NCBI GenBank assembly: GCA_902514095.1
Contig: CABXPS010000005.1
Span: 7,735 to 39,734, forward strand
DNA: 32,000 nucleotides
Source: an uncultured marine group I thaumarchaeote
GTDB taxonomy: Archaea; Thermoproteota; Nitrososphaeria; Nitrososphaerales; Nitrosopumilaceae
Direction: 5' to 3'
Under the pieces are notes generated by a model. It saw only the letters and a list, made by a program, of their open reading frames with translations. It was not told the DNA's origin and did no database searches. Made by a program: the position numbers and the translations under genes. Position 1 is the stretch's first letter. The number at the start of each line of letters is the position of its first letter. Shown here piece by piece: positions 1-9,363 of this stretch.

Positions 1-412
1 CACCTTTAGAACCAACACCAGAAGGTATAGAACTAAACAAATCATTAACTAAATCTTTTAATTTTGAACGAACTGTTTGTTCATTTAGATTTGAACGAAG
101 TAATCTTACTCCACAATTAATATCATATCCAACACCACCAGGACTAATCATTCCTTCTTCAGCATCCATAGCAGCAACTCCACCTACAGGAAATCCATAT
201 CCTTCATGTCCATCAGGTAAAACAACACTATGACTAACAATTCCAGGAATTGAAGCAACATTTCGAGCCTGCATTATAGTCCTATCAGATAGCATTTTCT
301 GAAGTAATGTCTCATTTGCATAAATTCTAACAGGAACTTTCATTCCAAGATTTGAATCAGCGTCTATTTGATAATGATTTTCTCCAATTTTCTGGGGGGT
401 TGTTGATGACAT
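1..412 (-). CDS. rtcB: RNA-splicing ligase RtcB, N-terminal part (gene runs off the window start)
   Basis: Not in the track because it is truncated. My reverse-strand translation from the ATG at 410-412 reads MSSTTPQKIGENHYQIDADSNLGMKVPVRIYANETLLQKML...VVLPDGHEGYGFPVGGVAAMD...PGGVGYDINCGVRLL. It carries the PDGHxGYGxPxGG and GGVGYDINCG blocks characteristic of RtcB. Confidence 0.8.
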   Translation of the reverse strand, partial: MSSTTPQKIGENHYQIDADSNLGMKVPVRIYANETLLQKMLSDRTIMQARNVASIPGIVSHSVVLPDGHEGYGFPVGGVAAMDAEEGMISPGGVGYDINCGVRLLRSNLNEQTVRSKLKDLVNDLFSSIPSGVGSKG

Positions 413-502
413 AAGTATCGGTAGAATTTTCTTTCAATCCAATTTAAATCATCATAAGTATTCTGAGAATAATTTTAAATCAATAAGAATGCAAATTGAA
501 TT

Positions 503-658
503 ATGATAGAAAAAGCAATAATCATACAAAAAGCAAATCAATTACTTGCAGAATTAAGAGCAAATCCAGATTGGGCAATTGATGAGAAAAATTTCAAACA
601 AGGTTATTTGAAAGCATTAGAATGGGTGTTGTCAGATACTGGAATTAAACAAAAATAA
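503..658 (+). CDS. Small hypothetical protein (51 aa)
   Basis: ATG at 503 and TAA at 656-658, read by hand: MIEKAIIIQKANQLLAELRANPDWAIDEKNFKQGYLKALEWVLSDTGIKQK. It fills an otherwise empty gap between rtcB and purB. No recognisable motif. Confidence 0.25.
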   Translation: MIEKAIIIQKANQLLAELRANPDWAIDEKNFKQGYLKALEWVLSDTGIKQK

Positions 659-768
659 GTTAAAAATTCTAGTTGAAAAATACTGTGGACGAAATTAATC
701 GCATAATGATCGCAAAAACGGATAAAAAAACAAGTAGATTTATTTTCTAATATACAATTAGAAAAATA

Positions 769-2130
769 TTGGCAATTTTACCTATTGATAATGGTCGTTA
801 TGGGACCAAAGAAATGATGGAAATTTTCAGTGAACAAAAAAAAGTTGATTATCAATTGGAGATTGAAGGAGCTGCTGCTATTTCCCAAAGTGAAATAGGA
901 ATGATTTCAAAAAAAATAGGTAAAGAAATTCACAGAGCTGCTATGTCAGGAAAAATTACTGCTAAAAGAATTAAACAATTAGAAGCAAAAAGTGATCATG
1001 ACACAGCAGCATTGGTGGAATCACTAAGTGAAAAATGTTCCAAAAGTGCAAGACCTTGGATCCATTATGGACTTACAAGTAATGATTTAGTTGATACAAG
1101 TAACTCCATGCAAATGAGAGATGCATTACAAATTATTGAACCTAAAGTAGCAAAAATGGCATCAATTCTTGCAAAAAAATCAGTAAAATATGCAAAAATC
1201 CCTGCAGTGGGCAGAACACATGGACAACATGCTAGCATTATTTCATTTGGATTAAAATTTGCAAATTGGGCTGCAGAAATGGCAAAACATGTTGAACGTA
1301 TTGAAGAAATTAAAAAAAGAATTTTGATTTGTAAAACATTAGGAGTTGTTGGAACGGGTTCTTTAATGGGTGCAAAATCATTGGATGTTCAACAAAGAGC
1401 TGCAAAGAGATTAAAATTATTTCCAGCAGAAGTAACAACACAAGTTGTCCCAAGAGAAAGATATGCAGAATATGTATTTGAATTAGCATTAATTGGTGCA
1501 ACATTAGAAAAAATTGCAATAGAAATTAGAAATTTACAGAGAACAGAAATAGGGGAAGTAGCAGAACAATTCAAAAAAGGACAAATGGGAAGCAGTGCTG
1601 TTCCAGTTAAAAGAAATCCAATAAAGAGTGAAAGAGTATCATCGTTATCTAAACTAGTAAGAAGTCAAGTTACAGTTGCATTTGAAAATATTCCATTATG
1701 GCATGAACGTGATCTTTCAAATTCAGCCAATGAAAGATTTGTAATTCCTACTGTATCTATCTTAGTTGATGAAATGTTAGAAACCATGACCAAAATTGTT
1801 TCAAATTTAATAGTTAATGAAAAACGAATTGTAGCCAATCTATACATTACAAAAGGACAAATCTTTGCAGAATTTGTTTTAGAAGCACTAATCAAAAAAG
1901 GCATTCCAAGATTTGTAGCCTATAGGGATGTACAAAGAGTAGCATTTGAAGCAAATGACAAAGGAATACTCTACAAAGATGCAATTAAAAATGACAGAGC
2001 ATTCTCCTCAAAATTAACAAATAATGAGATCGATGCAATTTTCTCACCAGAGAAACATCTTGGAGCATCACCTAAGATCATCAATAATGTTGAAAAATCA
2101 GTTCAGAAAATAGTAAAAAAATTTATCTAG
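769..2130 (+). CDS. purB: Adenylosuccinate lyase
   Basis: 453-aa ORF with TTG start. It has the fumarate-lyase superfamily signature GSSAVPVKRNP, plus GRTHGQHA and LTSNDL blocks typical of PurB. Confidence 0.85.
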   Translation: MAILPIDNGRYGTKEMMEIFSEQKKVDYQLEIEGAAAISQSEIGMISKKIGKEIHRAAMSGKITAKRIKQLEAKSDHDTAALVESLSEKCSKSARPWIHYGLTSNDLVDTSNSMQMRDALQIIEPKVAKMASILAKKSVKYAKIPAVGRTHGQHASIISFGLKFANWAAEMAKHVERIEEIKKRILICKTLGVVGTGSLMGAKSLDVQQRAAKRLKLFPAEVTTQVVPRERYAEYVFELALIGATLEKIAIEIRNLQRTEIGEVAEQFKKGQMGSSAVPVKRNPIKSERVSSLSKLVRSQVTVAFENIPLWHERDLSNSANERFVIPTVSILVDEMLETMTKIVSNLIVNEKRIVANLYITKGQIFAEFVLEALIKKGIPRFVAYRDVQRVAFEANDKGILYKDAIKNDRAFSSKLTNNEIDAIFSPEKHLGASPKIINNVEKSVQKIVKKFI

Positions 2131-2887
2131 TTTTTAGTAATGATTTATGAATTTTAGAACCATATTGTAATGCCTTTTTCCTTTTAGTACAAGAAATTTC
2201 TGGAACACCAATATCATTGGCTAATTTACGAATGATATGTTTACGATACAAATCATCAGAACTATGAATTTTTTCAGAAATAGGAATAGTTTTTGCATAT
2301 TCAATAAATTTAGTAGAAAGTAATGGTTGCAAAATTTTTACATTAAACTCTGAAGCAATTACATTTACAGCCTTCATCATTTTTAATTCATTATCTAATT
2401 TCAAATTCATAACATCATTAATTTTAGTTAAACCACCAGAAAATGCTTCACGATATGCATTATATCCACAAAACAATTCATCAATACCATTACCAGTAAT
2501 TACAGTATCAAGATTCAAATTTTTTGCGAGTTTAGACACATAATGAAAAGCAATACAATTTTCATTCCAAGATAAATTATCGGTATCAATTACATTACGA
2601 ATATTTGAAGTAATGTCAGGAAATGTCTCAAAATCAATTTCTAAAATATGGTGAGAATAATTTAGGCATTCATTTACTTCTTTGGAAAATATTATGTCAT
2701 GAGATTCAGAAAAACCAATAGTAAGTAAAACAACATCAAAACCCATATCTGTACAAATTTTTGAAACTAATGTACTATCAACGCCACCAGAAAAAGCAAT
2801 ACCTATTTTCTTTCTTGGAACTATTTCAGAAATAGAATTTTGGATATTTTCTAATAATGTTTGATTGATTAAATCCATATTACTCAT
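2123..2887 (-). CDS. PP-loop ATP pyrophosphatase, asparagine-synthase C-terminal-domain-like (no glutaminase domain)
   Basis: SGGVDS PP-loop (IAFSGGVDSTLV) near the N-terminus and a GNGIDELFCGY block resembling the AsnB synthetase domain. Its 3' end overlaps the purB 3' end by 8 nt (convergent). Confidence 0.6.
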   Translation of the reverse strand: MSNMDLINQTLLENIQNSISEIVPRKKIGIAFSGGVDSTLVSKICTDMGFDVVLLTIGFSESHDIIFSKEVNECLNYSHHILEIDFETFPDITSNIRNVIDTDNLSWNENCIAFHYVSKLAKNLNLDTVITGNGIDELFCGYNAYREAFSGGLTKINDVMNLKLDNELKMMKAVNVIASEFNVKILQPLLSTKFIEYAKTIPISEKIHSSDDLYRKHIIRKLANDIGVPEISCTKRKKALQYGSKIHKSLLKTR

Positions 2888-2990
2888 ACTTAATCATAGA
2901 ATTAATTTTAATATATTTCCATTAATCATGTCTAATAAAGGGAAAATAGTCATAAACATCATAATAGTGAAACATTTTACTGAAAAATAA

Positions 2991-3488
2991 ATGGATCCAG
3001 CAGATGTTTTTAAAAAAAGGAATTTCTCAAAAGTTAATTTTGATTATGAAGAATTAATTGGAAGAAACTTATCAAATAGTAATTTGAAAGGAGTAGATCT
3101 TAAAAATAGAGACATTCACAATGCAGATTTAAGTGGTTCTGATTTAAGTGGTTCTGATTTAAGTGATACAATATTATTTAATGTAAAATTAAGAGGGGCA
3201 GATTTAAGAAATGTAAATCTAACAAATGCAAAACTTTGGGATACTGATTTGTATGGGGTTGATCTTACAAATGCAAATATCAGTGGAGCAGATTTGTTTT
3301 ATGCAGATTTAAGAAATGCAGATTTAAGAAATGTAAATCTAAGTGGTGTGAATTTAAGACATACAAATTTTGATGGTGCCACTTTTACATCAATAGATTT
3401 TACAAATGCAAATTATGATTCAGATACACTAGATACTATTTCAAAAGATATTAAATTGATTTTGAAACTGCAAGGTAATCTTTGGTAA
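2991..3488 (+). CDS. Pentapeptide-repeat protein
   Basis: Continuous A(D/N)LxX-type pentapeptide periodicity (ADLSGSDLSGSDLSDT..., ADLRNVNLTNAKLWDTDLYGVDLTNANISGADLFYADLRNADLRNVNLSGVNL). Confidence 0.85.
   Translation: MDPADVFKKRNFSKVNFDYEELIGRNLSNSNLKGVDLKNRDIHNADLSGSDLSGSDLSDTILFNVKLRGADLRNVNLTNAKLWDTDLYGVDLTNANISGADLFYADLRNADLRNVNLSGVNLRHTNFDGATFTSIDFTNANYDSDTLDTISKDIKLILKLQGNLW
3126..3167 (+). repeat. Tandem 15-nt coding repeat (gatttaagtggttct, two full copies plus a partial third) inside the pentapeptide gene
   Basis: Read directly from the sequence. A separate exact 25-nt duplicate gcagatttaagaaatgtaaatctaa occurs at 3198-3222 and 3318-3342. Confidence 0.8.
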
Positions 3489-3536
3489 AATTATTAATTT
3501 ATCAATCTTTTAATTTAACAATATCAATAATCCAAT

Positions 3537-3815
3537 ATGACAAGATTATTAGAATCAGACATAGAAGAAGAATTAAAAAAATTAACAGGATGGAGTGTAA
3601 AAAACGATAAACTACACAAAGAATTTCAATTTGATAATTTCAATCAGGCATTTGGATTTATGACTAGAGCAGCCATGGAAATTGAAAAAATGAATCATCA
3701 TCCAGAATGGTTTAACGTTTACAATAGAATCACAGTAGATTTAACAACGCATGATGCAGATGGCATTACAAATAATGATGTCAACCTTGCCAAAATTTTA
3801 AATTCCTTAATTTAA
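3537..3815 (+). CDS. Pterin-4-alpha-carbinolamine dehydratase (PCD/DCoH family)
   Basis: 92 aa, with the family-typical F.F.NF..AF.F...A...E..NHHPEW..VYN.V...L.THD pattern. Confidence 0.8.
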   Translation: MTRLLESDIEEELKKLTGWSVKNDKLHKEFQFDNFNQAFGFMTRAAMEIEKMNHHPEWFNVYNRITVDLTTHDADGITNNDVNLAKILNSLI

Positions 3816-3883
3816 ACATAAAAAAGAATATTCAGGCACATTATTACAGAATTTATATTATATCGATAGTCAAAAAACGTCAC

Positions 3884-4699
3884 ATGGCCACAAGTCCTAC
3901 AATTTTAGATTCAGATTTTAAATACATAGATAAAAAAGGTAATTTACTTAAAACAAGAACAGAATTAACAGTAGCACAAATGCTTGCATTTTTAGAAAAT
4001 GAATATGAATACAATTATGAAATGACACTAAAAGATGGAAATAAAGTAAAAATTGATTTTAAAACTGCTAAAGGGTTTATCGAAGTAATTGATAATGATG
4101 AGGACATTCAGAAATATAAACAAATCAAAGAAGATTTTCCTGAAGAAAAAATAATGGCAATTGGACATGCAAAATATGTTGCACAAATTAAAGAATTACA
4201 AGACATAGTATTTTATGATAAAACACCACAAACAGGTTCCATATTTTTAGAGGACGCATCATTCTCATTTGACTATGCACATATACTTCCATTAGTTGAA
4301 AAATGTTCAATTTTACATGGACATACTTCATCAGTAATGGTAGAACTTGTAGGACAAATGAAAAATAATTTATTAGTTGATTTTGGAATAGCAAAAAAAA
4401 TTATTAAAGAAGTTGTAAATGAGTTTGATCATAAATTTTTCATTAATAAAAAATATCTAAAAAAAGAAGATGAATCACATTATCAAATTAGTTTTGATGG
4501 ACCAAAAGGAATGTTTGATTTACAAGTTCCAAAACATACAACATATCTCCTAGAAGGAGAAGCTACAGTTGAAAATCTTTCAAATGAAATTATAAAATTA
4601 TTAGCTCCAAAAATGCCTACAAATGTAGAAGCAGTGGGAGTTTACATTTATGAAGGATATAACAAAGGTTCTCATATAATTTCCAATATTGAAAGATAA
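3884..4699 (+). CDS. 6-pyruvoyl-tetrahydropterin synthase/QueD-family domain with a roughly 120-aa N-terminal extension
   Basis: The C-terminal half has the C....HGH motif (EKCSILHGHTSSVMVEL) and an FDHKF block typical of the PTPS/QueD fold. The N-terminal 120 aa (TELTVAQMLAFLENEYEYNYE...KIDFKTAKGFIEVID) is a separate module. Confidence 0.6.
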   Translation: MATSPTILDSDFKYIDKKGNLLKTRTELTVAQMLAFLENEYEYNYEMTLKDGNKVKIDFKTAKGFIEVIDNDEDIQKYKQIKEDFPEEKIMAIGHAKYVAQIKELQDIVFYDKTPQTGSIFLEDASFSFDYAHILPLVEKCSILHGHTSSVMVELVGQMKNNLLVDFGIAKKIIKEVVNEFDHKFFINKKYLKKEDESHYQISFDGPKGMFDLQVPKHTTYLLEGEATVENLSNEIIKLLAPKMPTNVEAVGVYIYEGYNKGSHIISNIER

Positions 4700-4702
4700 A
4701 AA

Positions 4703-7021
4703 ATGGAACCTAAAATATCAGAAAAAGCATGGAATCCAGAATTAGAAAAAAATATTCTGAAGCAATGGGAAGAAGACAAAATTTATGATTTTACACCTAA
4801 AGAAAATAACTTTACAATAGATACACCTCCACCATATCCATCAGGTAGACCATGGCACATTGGTGCAGCTGCACATTATTCACAAATAGACATGATAGCA
4901 CGAACAGCAAGAATGGCTGGAAAAAATGTGTATTTTCCAATAGGAATTGACAGAAATGGATTACCAGTGGAACTCTATACTGAAAAAAAACATAAAATTA
5001 GAATGAGAGAAACAGAACGAGAAGAATTTCTAAATTTATGCAGAGATGCATTAGACGATTTAGAAGCAGAAATGATTCTAATTATGAAAAATTTAGGAAT
5101 CAGTGGTGATTTTGTAAACTACTATAGAACAGATTCAGAAGAATATAGAACATTAACACAATCAACATTCATTAAATTATGGAAAAAAGGTGAAGTATAT
5201 CTTGCAAATAGACCTAACAATTATGATTGGGTTTCAGGAACTACCATTGCAGATGCTGAAATAATTTATGATGATTTACAAACAAAACTTGTTTACATGA
5301 AATTCAAAATAAAAGATACAGATCAAGAAATAATCATTGCCAGTACAAGACCAGAATTACTTTGTGCATGTAAAACAATTATCGTCAATCCTGAAGATGA
5401 AAGATATTCAAAATATATTGGCAAAAAAATAATTGTCCCAATTACCAATGCAGAAGTAGAACTAACAACTCATCATTCAGCTAAACAAGAATTTGGTTCC
5501 GGAGCAGTAATGGTTTGTAGTTATGGTGATCAAAACGATGTTGCATTATTTAGAGAATTACAATTAGAAGAAATAGTTGCAATTGGATTAGATGGAAGAA
5601 TGACAGAAATTGCAGGTGAATATGCAGGATTAAAACCAAAACAAGCAAGAACAAAAATCATAGAAGATCTAGAAACTGGAGGATTTGTTGAAAAAATGGA
5701 AGATATTGTTCATAGAACACCAATTTCAGAAAGAAGTAAAATTCCAATTGAAATAATTCCTATGGAAGAATATTATCTTAAACAAAAAGAAAAAGTTGAA
5801 AAAATAAAAGAAGTGGGGAAAGAAATTACATTTCATCCTACAATGCATAAGCAGATTTTAATGAATTGGTTAGAATCTATCAATATTGATTGGCCAATTT
5901 CAAGAAGAAGATTTTATGGTACTGAAATTCCAATTTGGTATTGCAAAAATTGTTCAGAACCACATGTTCCAGAACCTGGAAAATATTACAGACCATGGAA
6001 TGAAAAATGTCCAATAACAAATTGTCCAAAATGTAAAGCTACAGAATTTATTGGCGAAGAAAGAACATTTGATACATGGATGGATTCTAGTGTATCACCA
6101 TTATTCATAAGTAAATTTAACAGAGATAATGAATTTTTCAAAAAAGTATATCCGGTATCAATCAGACCACAAGCAAAAGATATTGTGAGAACATGGTTGT
6201 ATTACACACTATTGAGATGTGAGGAATTAACAGGAGAAAAACCATGGTCTGAAGCTTGGGTAATGGGATATGGTTTGGATGAAAAAGGGATGAAAATGAG
6301 TAAAAGTAAAGGAAATGCAATAGATCCATTACCAGTAATTGAAAAATTAGGTGCAGATACTTTTAGATTTTGGAGTGCAAGTGAAATTAATCATGGATAT
6401 GACTTTAGATGTAATGAACAAAAAATTGAGTCAACTAAGAAATTTTTAAGTAAATTATGGAATGTGTCCAGATTTTTATCAAGTTTTCCAGTAATTGATT
6501 CAGGAACTCCTAATCCTTCAGATAAATGGATTTTATCTGAATTAGATAAATTAGTAAAAGAATGTAAAAAAGGTTATGAGGAATATAATTTCTTCATCCC
6601 AGCAATTGCAATTAGAGAATTTACATGGAATATATTTGCAGCACATTACATTGAAATGGTTAAAGCAAGAGCATATGGTATTGATTTTTCAGATGAAGAA
6701 AGAGATGGTGCAATATTTACACTCCATAAAACTTTGGAAACAATTTTAAAATTATTAGCTCCAATTACACCGTTCATCACAGAACATCTTTGGAAAATAT
6801 TGTATTCAAATGAAAGTATACATAAACAAAAACAAGTTAATGTTGAAAATATAGAAGAACAAACAGATGTTACTAAAGAAATATCAGAATTTAATTCCAA
6901 AGTCTGGAATGAAAAAAAATCTCAAAATCTGTCATTAAAAGATTCAATTAAAATTGAAATTCCAGAAATACTAAAACCATTTGAAAAAGATTTAAAATCT
7001 ATGCATAATTTGTTAGATTAG
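4703..7021 (+). CDS. valS: Class Ia aminoacyl-tRNA synthetase, most likely valyl-tRNA synthetase
   Basis: 772 aa with a HIGH-type region (PPPYPSGRPWHIGAAAHY), a KMSKSKGN motif, DWPISRRRFYGTEIPIWYC, TWMDSS and QAKDIVRTWLYYTLLR blocks of the Val/Ile/Leu clade, and a Cys-rich zinc knuckle. The length fits archaeal ValRS better than IleRS or LeuRS. Confidence 0.7.
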   Translation: MEPKISEKAWNPELEKNILKQWEEDKIYDFTPKENNFTIDTPPPYPSGRPWHIGAAAHYSQIDMIARTARMAGKNVYFPIGIDRNGLPVELYTEKKHKIRMRETEREEFLNLCRDALDDLEAEMILIMKNLGISGDFVNYYRTDSEEYRTLTQSTFIKLWKKGEVYLANRPNNYDWVSGTTIADAEIIYDDLQTKLVYMKFKIKDTDQEIIIASTRPELLCACKTIIVNPEDERYSKYIGKKIIVPITNAEVELTTHHSAKQEFGSGAVMVCSYGDQNDVALFRELQLEEIVAIGLDGRMTEIAGEYAGLKPKQARTKIIEDLETGGFVEKMEDIVHRTPISERSKIPIEIIPMEEYYLKQKEKVEKIKEVGKEITFHPTMHKQILMNWLESINIDWPISRRRFYGTEIPIWYCKNCSEPHVPEPGKYYRPWNEKCPITNCPKCKATEFIGEERTFDTWMDSSVSPLFISKFNRDNEFFKKVYPVSIRPQAKDIVRTWLYYTLLRCEELTGEKPWSEAWVMGYGLDEKGMKMSKSKGNAIDPLPVIEKLGADTFRFWSASEINHGYDFRCNEQKIESTKKFLSKLWNVSRFLSSFPVIDSGTPNPSDKWILSELDKLVKECKKGYEEYNFFIPAIAIREFTWNIFAAHYIEMVKARAYGIDFSDEERDGAIFTLHKTLETILKLLAPITPFITEHLWKILYSNESIHKQKQVNVENIEEQTDVTKEISEFNSKVWNEKKSQNLSLKDSIKIEIPEILKPFEKDLKSMHNLLD

Positions 7022-7048
7022 AATTAAAAGAAATTTCTTTTGTTTTTA

Positions 7049-7666
7049 TCAGTTTTTTAAAGTATTTGTAAGATTTACAAAATATTTGTGAAGTGAAATA
7101 TCACTAGTTAATTCAGGATGAAAAGCAACTCCAATGATGTTATTTTTTTTAACAGCAATAATTTTTTCATTAAACTTTGATAAAATTTCTACATCAGAAC
7201 CAACATCAGAAATAGATGGAGCCCTAATGAAAACTCCATTAAATGAAGGAATACCAATAGAATTTAAAGAAATATCAGATTCAAAAGATTCCCGTTGACG
7301 TCCAAAAGAATTTCTCTCTAGTTTAATATCTAAAATATCTAAAAGTGGTTGATTAATTTTTCCCACTACTTTATCTTGTACTGTTTTAGACAACATTATC
7401 ATTCCTGCACAAATTCCCAATACAGGCATTCCTTGTTCAATTTTATCTTTTAAGACAGTTAATGAACCATTAACCATAGAGAGTTGACCAATAGTAGTAC
7501 TTTCACCACCTGGAATTACGAGACCATCCACTTTAGAAATTTCATCAGGAGTTCTAACACCAACAACAGTTCCATCAATATCTAATGCATCAATTGCAGC
7601 TTTGACAGAAAAAATATTCTCAAGAACATCACCTTGTATTGATAAAACACCAAAATTAAGACTCAT
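7049..7666 (-). CDS. pdxT: Pyridoxal 5'-phosphate synthase, glutaminase subunit
   Basis: 205 aa class I amidotransferase (GVLSIQGDV..., [10 protein letters not shown] catalytic Cys, AFHPE). It overlaps pdxS by 4 nt. Confidence 0.85.
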   Translation of the reverse strand: MSLNFGVLSIQGDVLENIFSVKAAIDALDIDGTVVGVRTPDEISKVDGLVIPGGESTTIGQLSMVNGSLTVLKDKIEQGMPVLGICAGMIMLSKTVQDKVVGKINQPLLDILDIKLERNSFGRQRESFESDISLNSIGIPSFNGVFIRAPSISDVGSDVEILSKFNEKIIAVKKNNIIGVAFHPELTSDISLHKYFVNLTNTLKN

Positions 7667-8631
7667 GCTGAACCTCCACGATCTTGCATACGTAATTCTA
7701 ATGTTTTAACATCTAAACCATGGATAGATTGTCTTTCGTCAATCATTTTTTGTGCTTCTTTAACTTTATCAGATTCATTCCAAAAAGTGGTGGCTAAAAC
7801 AATTGCATTTGCTCGTTCTTGTGCATCATCTGCACTAAAAATACCAGAACCAACAAAAATACCATCACATCCAAGTGACATCAAATATGCTGCATCAGCT
7901 GGAGTTGCAATTCCACCTGCTGCAAAATTTACAACAGGTAATCTTCCAAGTTTTGCAGTTTGTTCTACAATATCATATGATACTTTGAATTCTCTAGCTA
8001 TACGTACTAAATCTTGATTGTCACCAGAATCATAAATTGATTTAATTGTTCTTAATTCATCATTAACTTTTTTGATATGTGTAATTGCTTCTGCAACATT
8101 TCCAGTTCCAGGTTCACCTTTTGTTCTTATCATAGATGCACCTTCTTCAACTCTCCGCAAAGCTTCAGCCAAAGACCGAGCACCATTAACGACGGGTGTT
8201 GTAAGATCCCATTTCCAAATATGACGTAACTCATCTGCAGGGGTTAAAACTTCAGATTCATCAATCATATCAACATCAGTTTCTTGTAATACCAATGCTT
8301 CATGAACATGTCCAATTCTACATTTAGCCATAACAGGAATAGTAACAGAGTCCATAATTTCTTCAATAATTTTTATGCTTGCAGTTCGTGCAACTCCACC
8401 AGCTTTTCTAACTTCAGATGGAAGTTTATCCAAAACCATTACAGAAACGGCACCAGCTTCTTGAGCAATTAATGCTTGTTCAACATTTGTAACATCCATA
8501 ACAACACCATTTTTTTGCATGTGAGCAAATCCACGTTTTAAAGTGCTGGATCCACGTAAAGTATCAATAGAATCTAATTTTTCAGAAATTATTCCTTTAG
8601 CATTAATTCTTTCACCTGATAGCGGTAACAT
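7663..8631 (-). CDS. pdxS: Pyridoxal 5'-phosphate synthase, lyase subunit
   Basis: 322 aa with highly conserved PdxS blocks ([87 protein letters not shown]). Confidence 0.92.
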   Translation of the reverse strand: MLPLSGERINAKGIISEKLDSIDTLRGSSTLKRGFAHMQKNGVVMDVTNVEQALIAQEAGAVSVMVLDKLPSEVRKAGGVARTASIKIIEEIMDSVTIPVMAKCRIGHVHEALVLQETDVDMIDESEVLTPADELRHIWKWDLTTPVVNGARSLAEALRRVEEGASMIRTKGEPGTGNVAEAITHIKKVNDELRTIKSIYDSGDNQDLVRIAREFKVSYDIVEQTAKLGRLPVVNFAAGGIATPADAAYLMSLGCDGIFVGSGIFSADDAQERANAIVLATTFWNESDKVKEAQKMIDERQSIHGLDVKTLELRMQDRGGSA

Positions 8632-8661
8632 ATTCTAATTTTTTCTCAAGCCTATTTGTAC

Positions 8662-9195
8662 CTATTCACTAACTTCAGACATTATTTTATCCAATTCAGA
8701 TTCAACCATGCGAATTATTGGAGGAATAAAATCAGATGTTGCGTTTAATTCTGGCCAATGAATTTGATTAACATGTCCATTAAGAGTAATTTTAACTGAA
8801 GATTTTTGGTAATCGGTTATATTTTCAAAAACTGAAAAAGAATTAGAATCAATTGCGATGAAACCTGTTTCTTTGATTAGAGCTTTAATTTTATCTAATT
8901 TTTTTTGATCTATTTTTGATTCGATATTAGGTTGAGGGTATCCTTTTTCAGTTATAGTATATTTAATATCACCATCATTTTTTATTAGAAGAATTTCAGT
9001 TTTTTGTGCACCGATTCGTTCAGTGATTCCATTAGATATTTTTTTTAATTGATGTTTTGTGTATTCAATTTCAATTTTATCATTAGAGTTTGCAGCTGAC
9101 ATAGGAATTTCATTTTTTGTTATTAATGGAACTGCAATCAATAATGCAACAACTACTGGAATTGCTCCTAACAGAAAGTAAACGGGTTTGGCCAT
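8662..9195 (-). CDS. Hypothetical N-terminally membrane-anchored protein
   Basis: 177-aa ORF with an N-terminal hydrophobic helix (VYFLLGAIPVVVALLIAVPLI). No recognisable catalytic motif. Confidence 0.45.
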   Translation of the reverse strand: MAKPVYFLLGAIPVVVALLIAVPLITKNEIPMSAANSNDKIEIEYTKHQLKKISNGITERIGAQKTEILLIKNDGDIKYTITEKGYPQPNIESKIDQKKLDKIKALIKETGFIAIDSNSFSVFENITDYQKSSVKITLNGHVNQIHWPELNATSDFIPPIIRMVESELDKIMSEVSE

Positions 9196-9285
9196 AATTG
9201 CTTAACAATACATAATGAAGGATTATTGCAAATAAATCTTAGTTAAAAGTAAGTTAAAATTCAAGCAAATTGTTTCGATTCATGT

Positions 9286-9359
9286 GGGTTCGTAGCCTAG
9301 CCTGGTAGGGCGATGGTCTCCAAAACCATCGATCGTCGGTTCAAATCCGATCGGGCCCA
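9286..9359 (+). tRNA. tRNA-Trp (anticodon CCA)
   Basis: Hand-folded cloverleaf: acceptor GGGTTCG/CGGGCCC, anticodon stem ATGGT/ACCAT with loop CTCCAAA, T-arm GTCGG-TTCAAAT-CCGAT, discriminator A. No encoded CCA, no intron. Confidence 0.9.
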
Positions 9360-9363
9360 TTTT

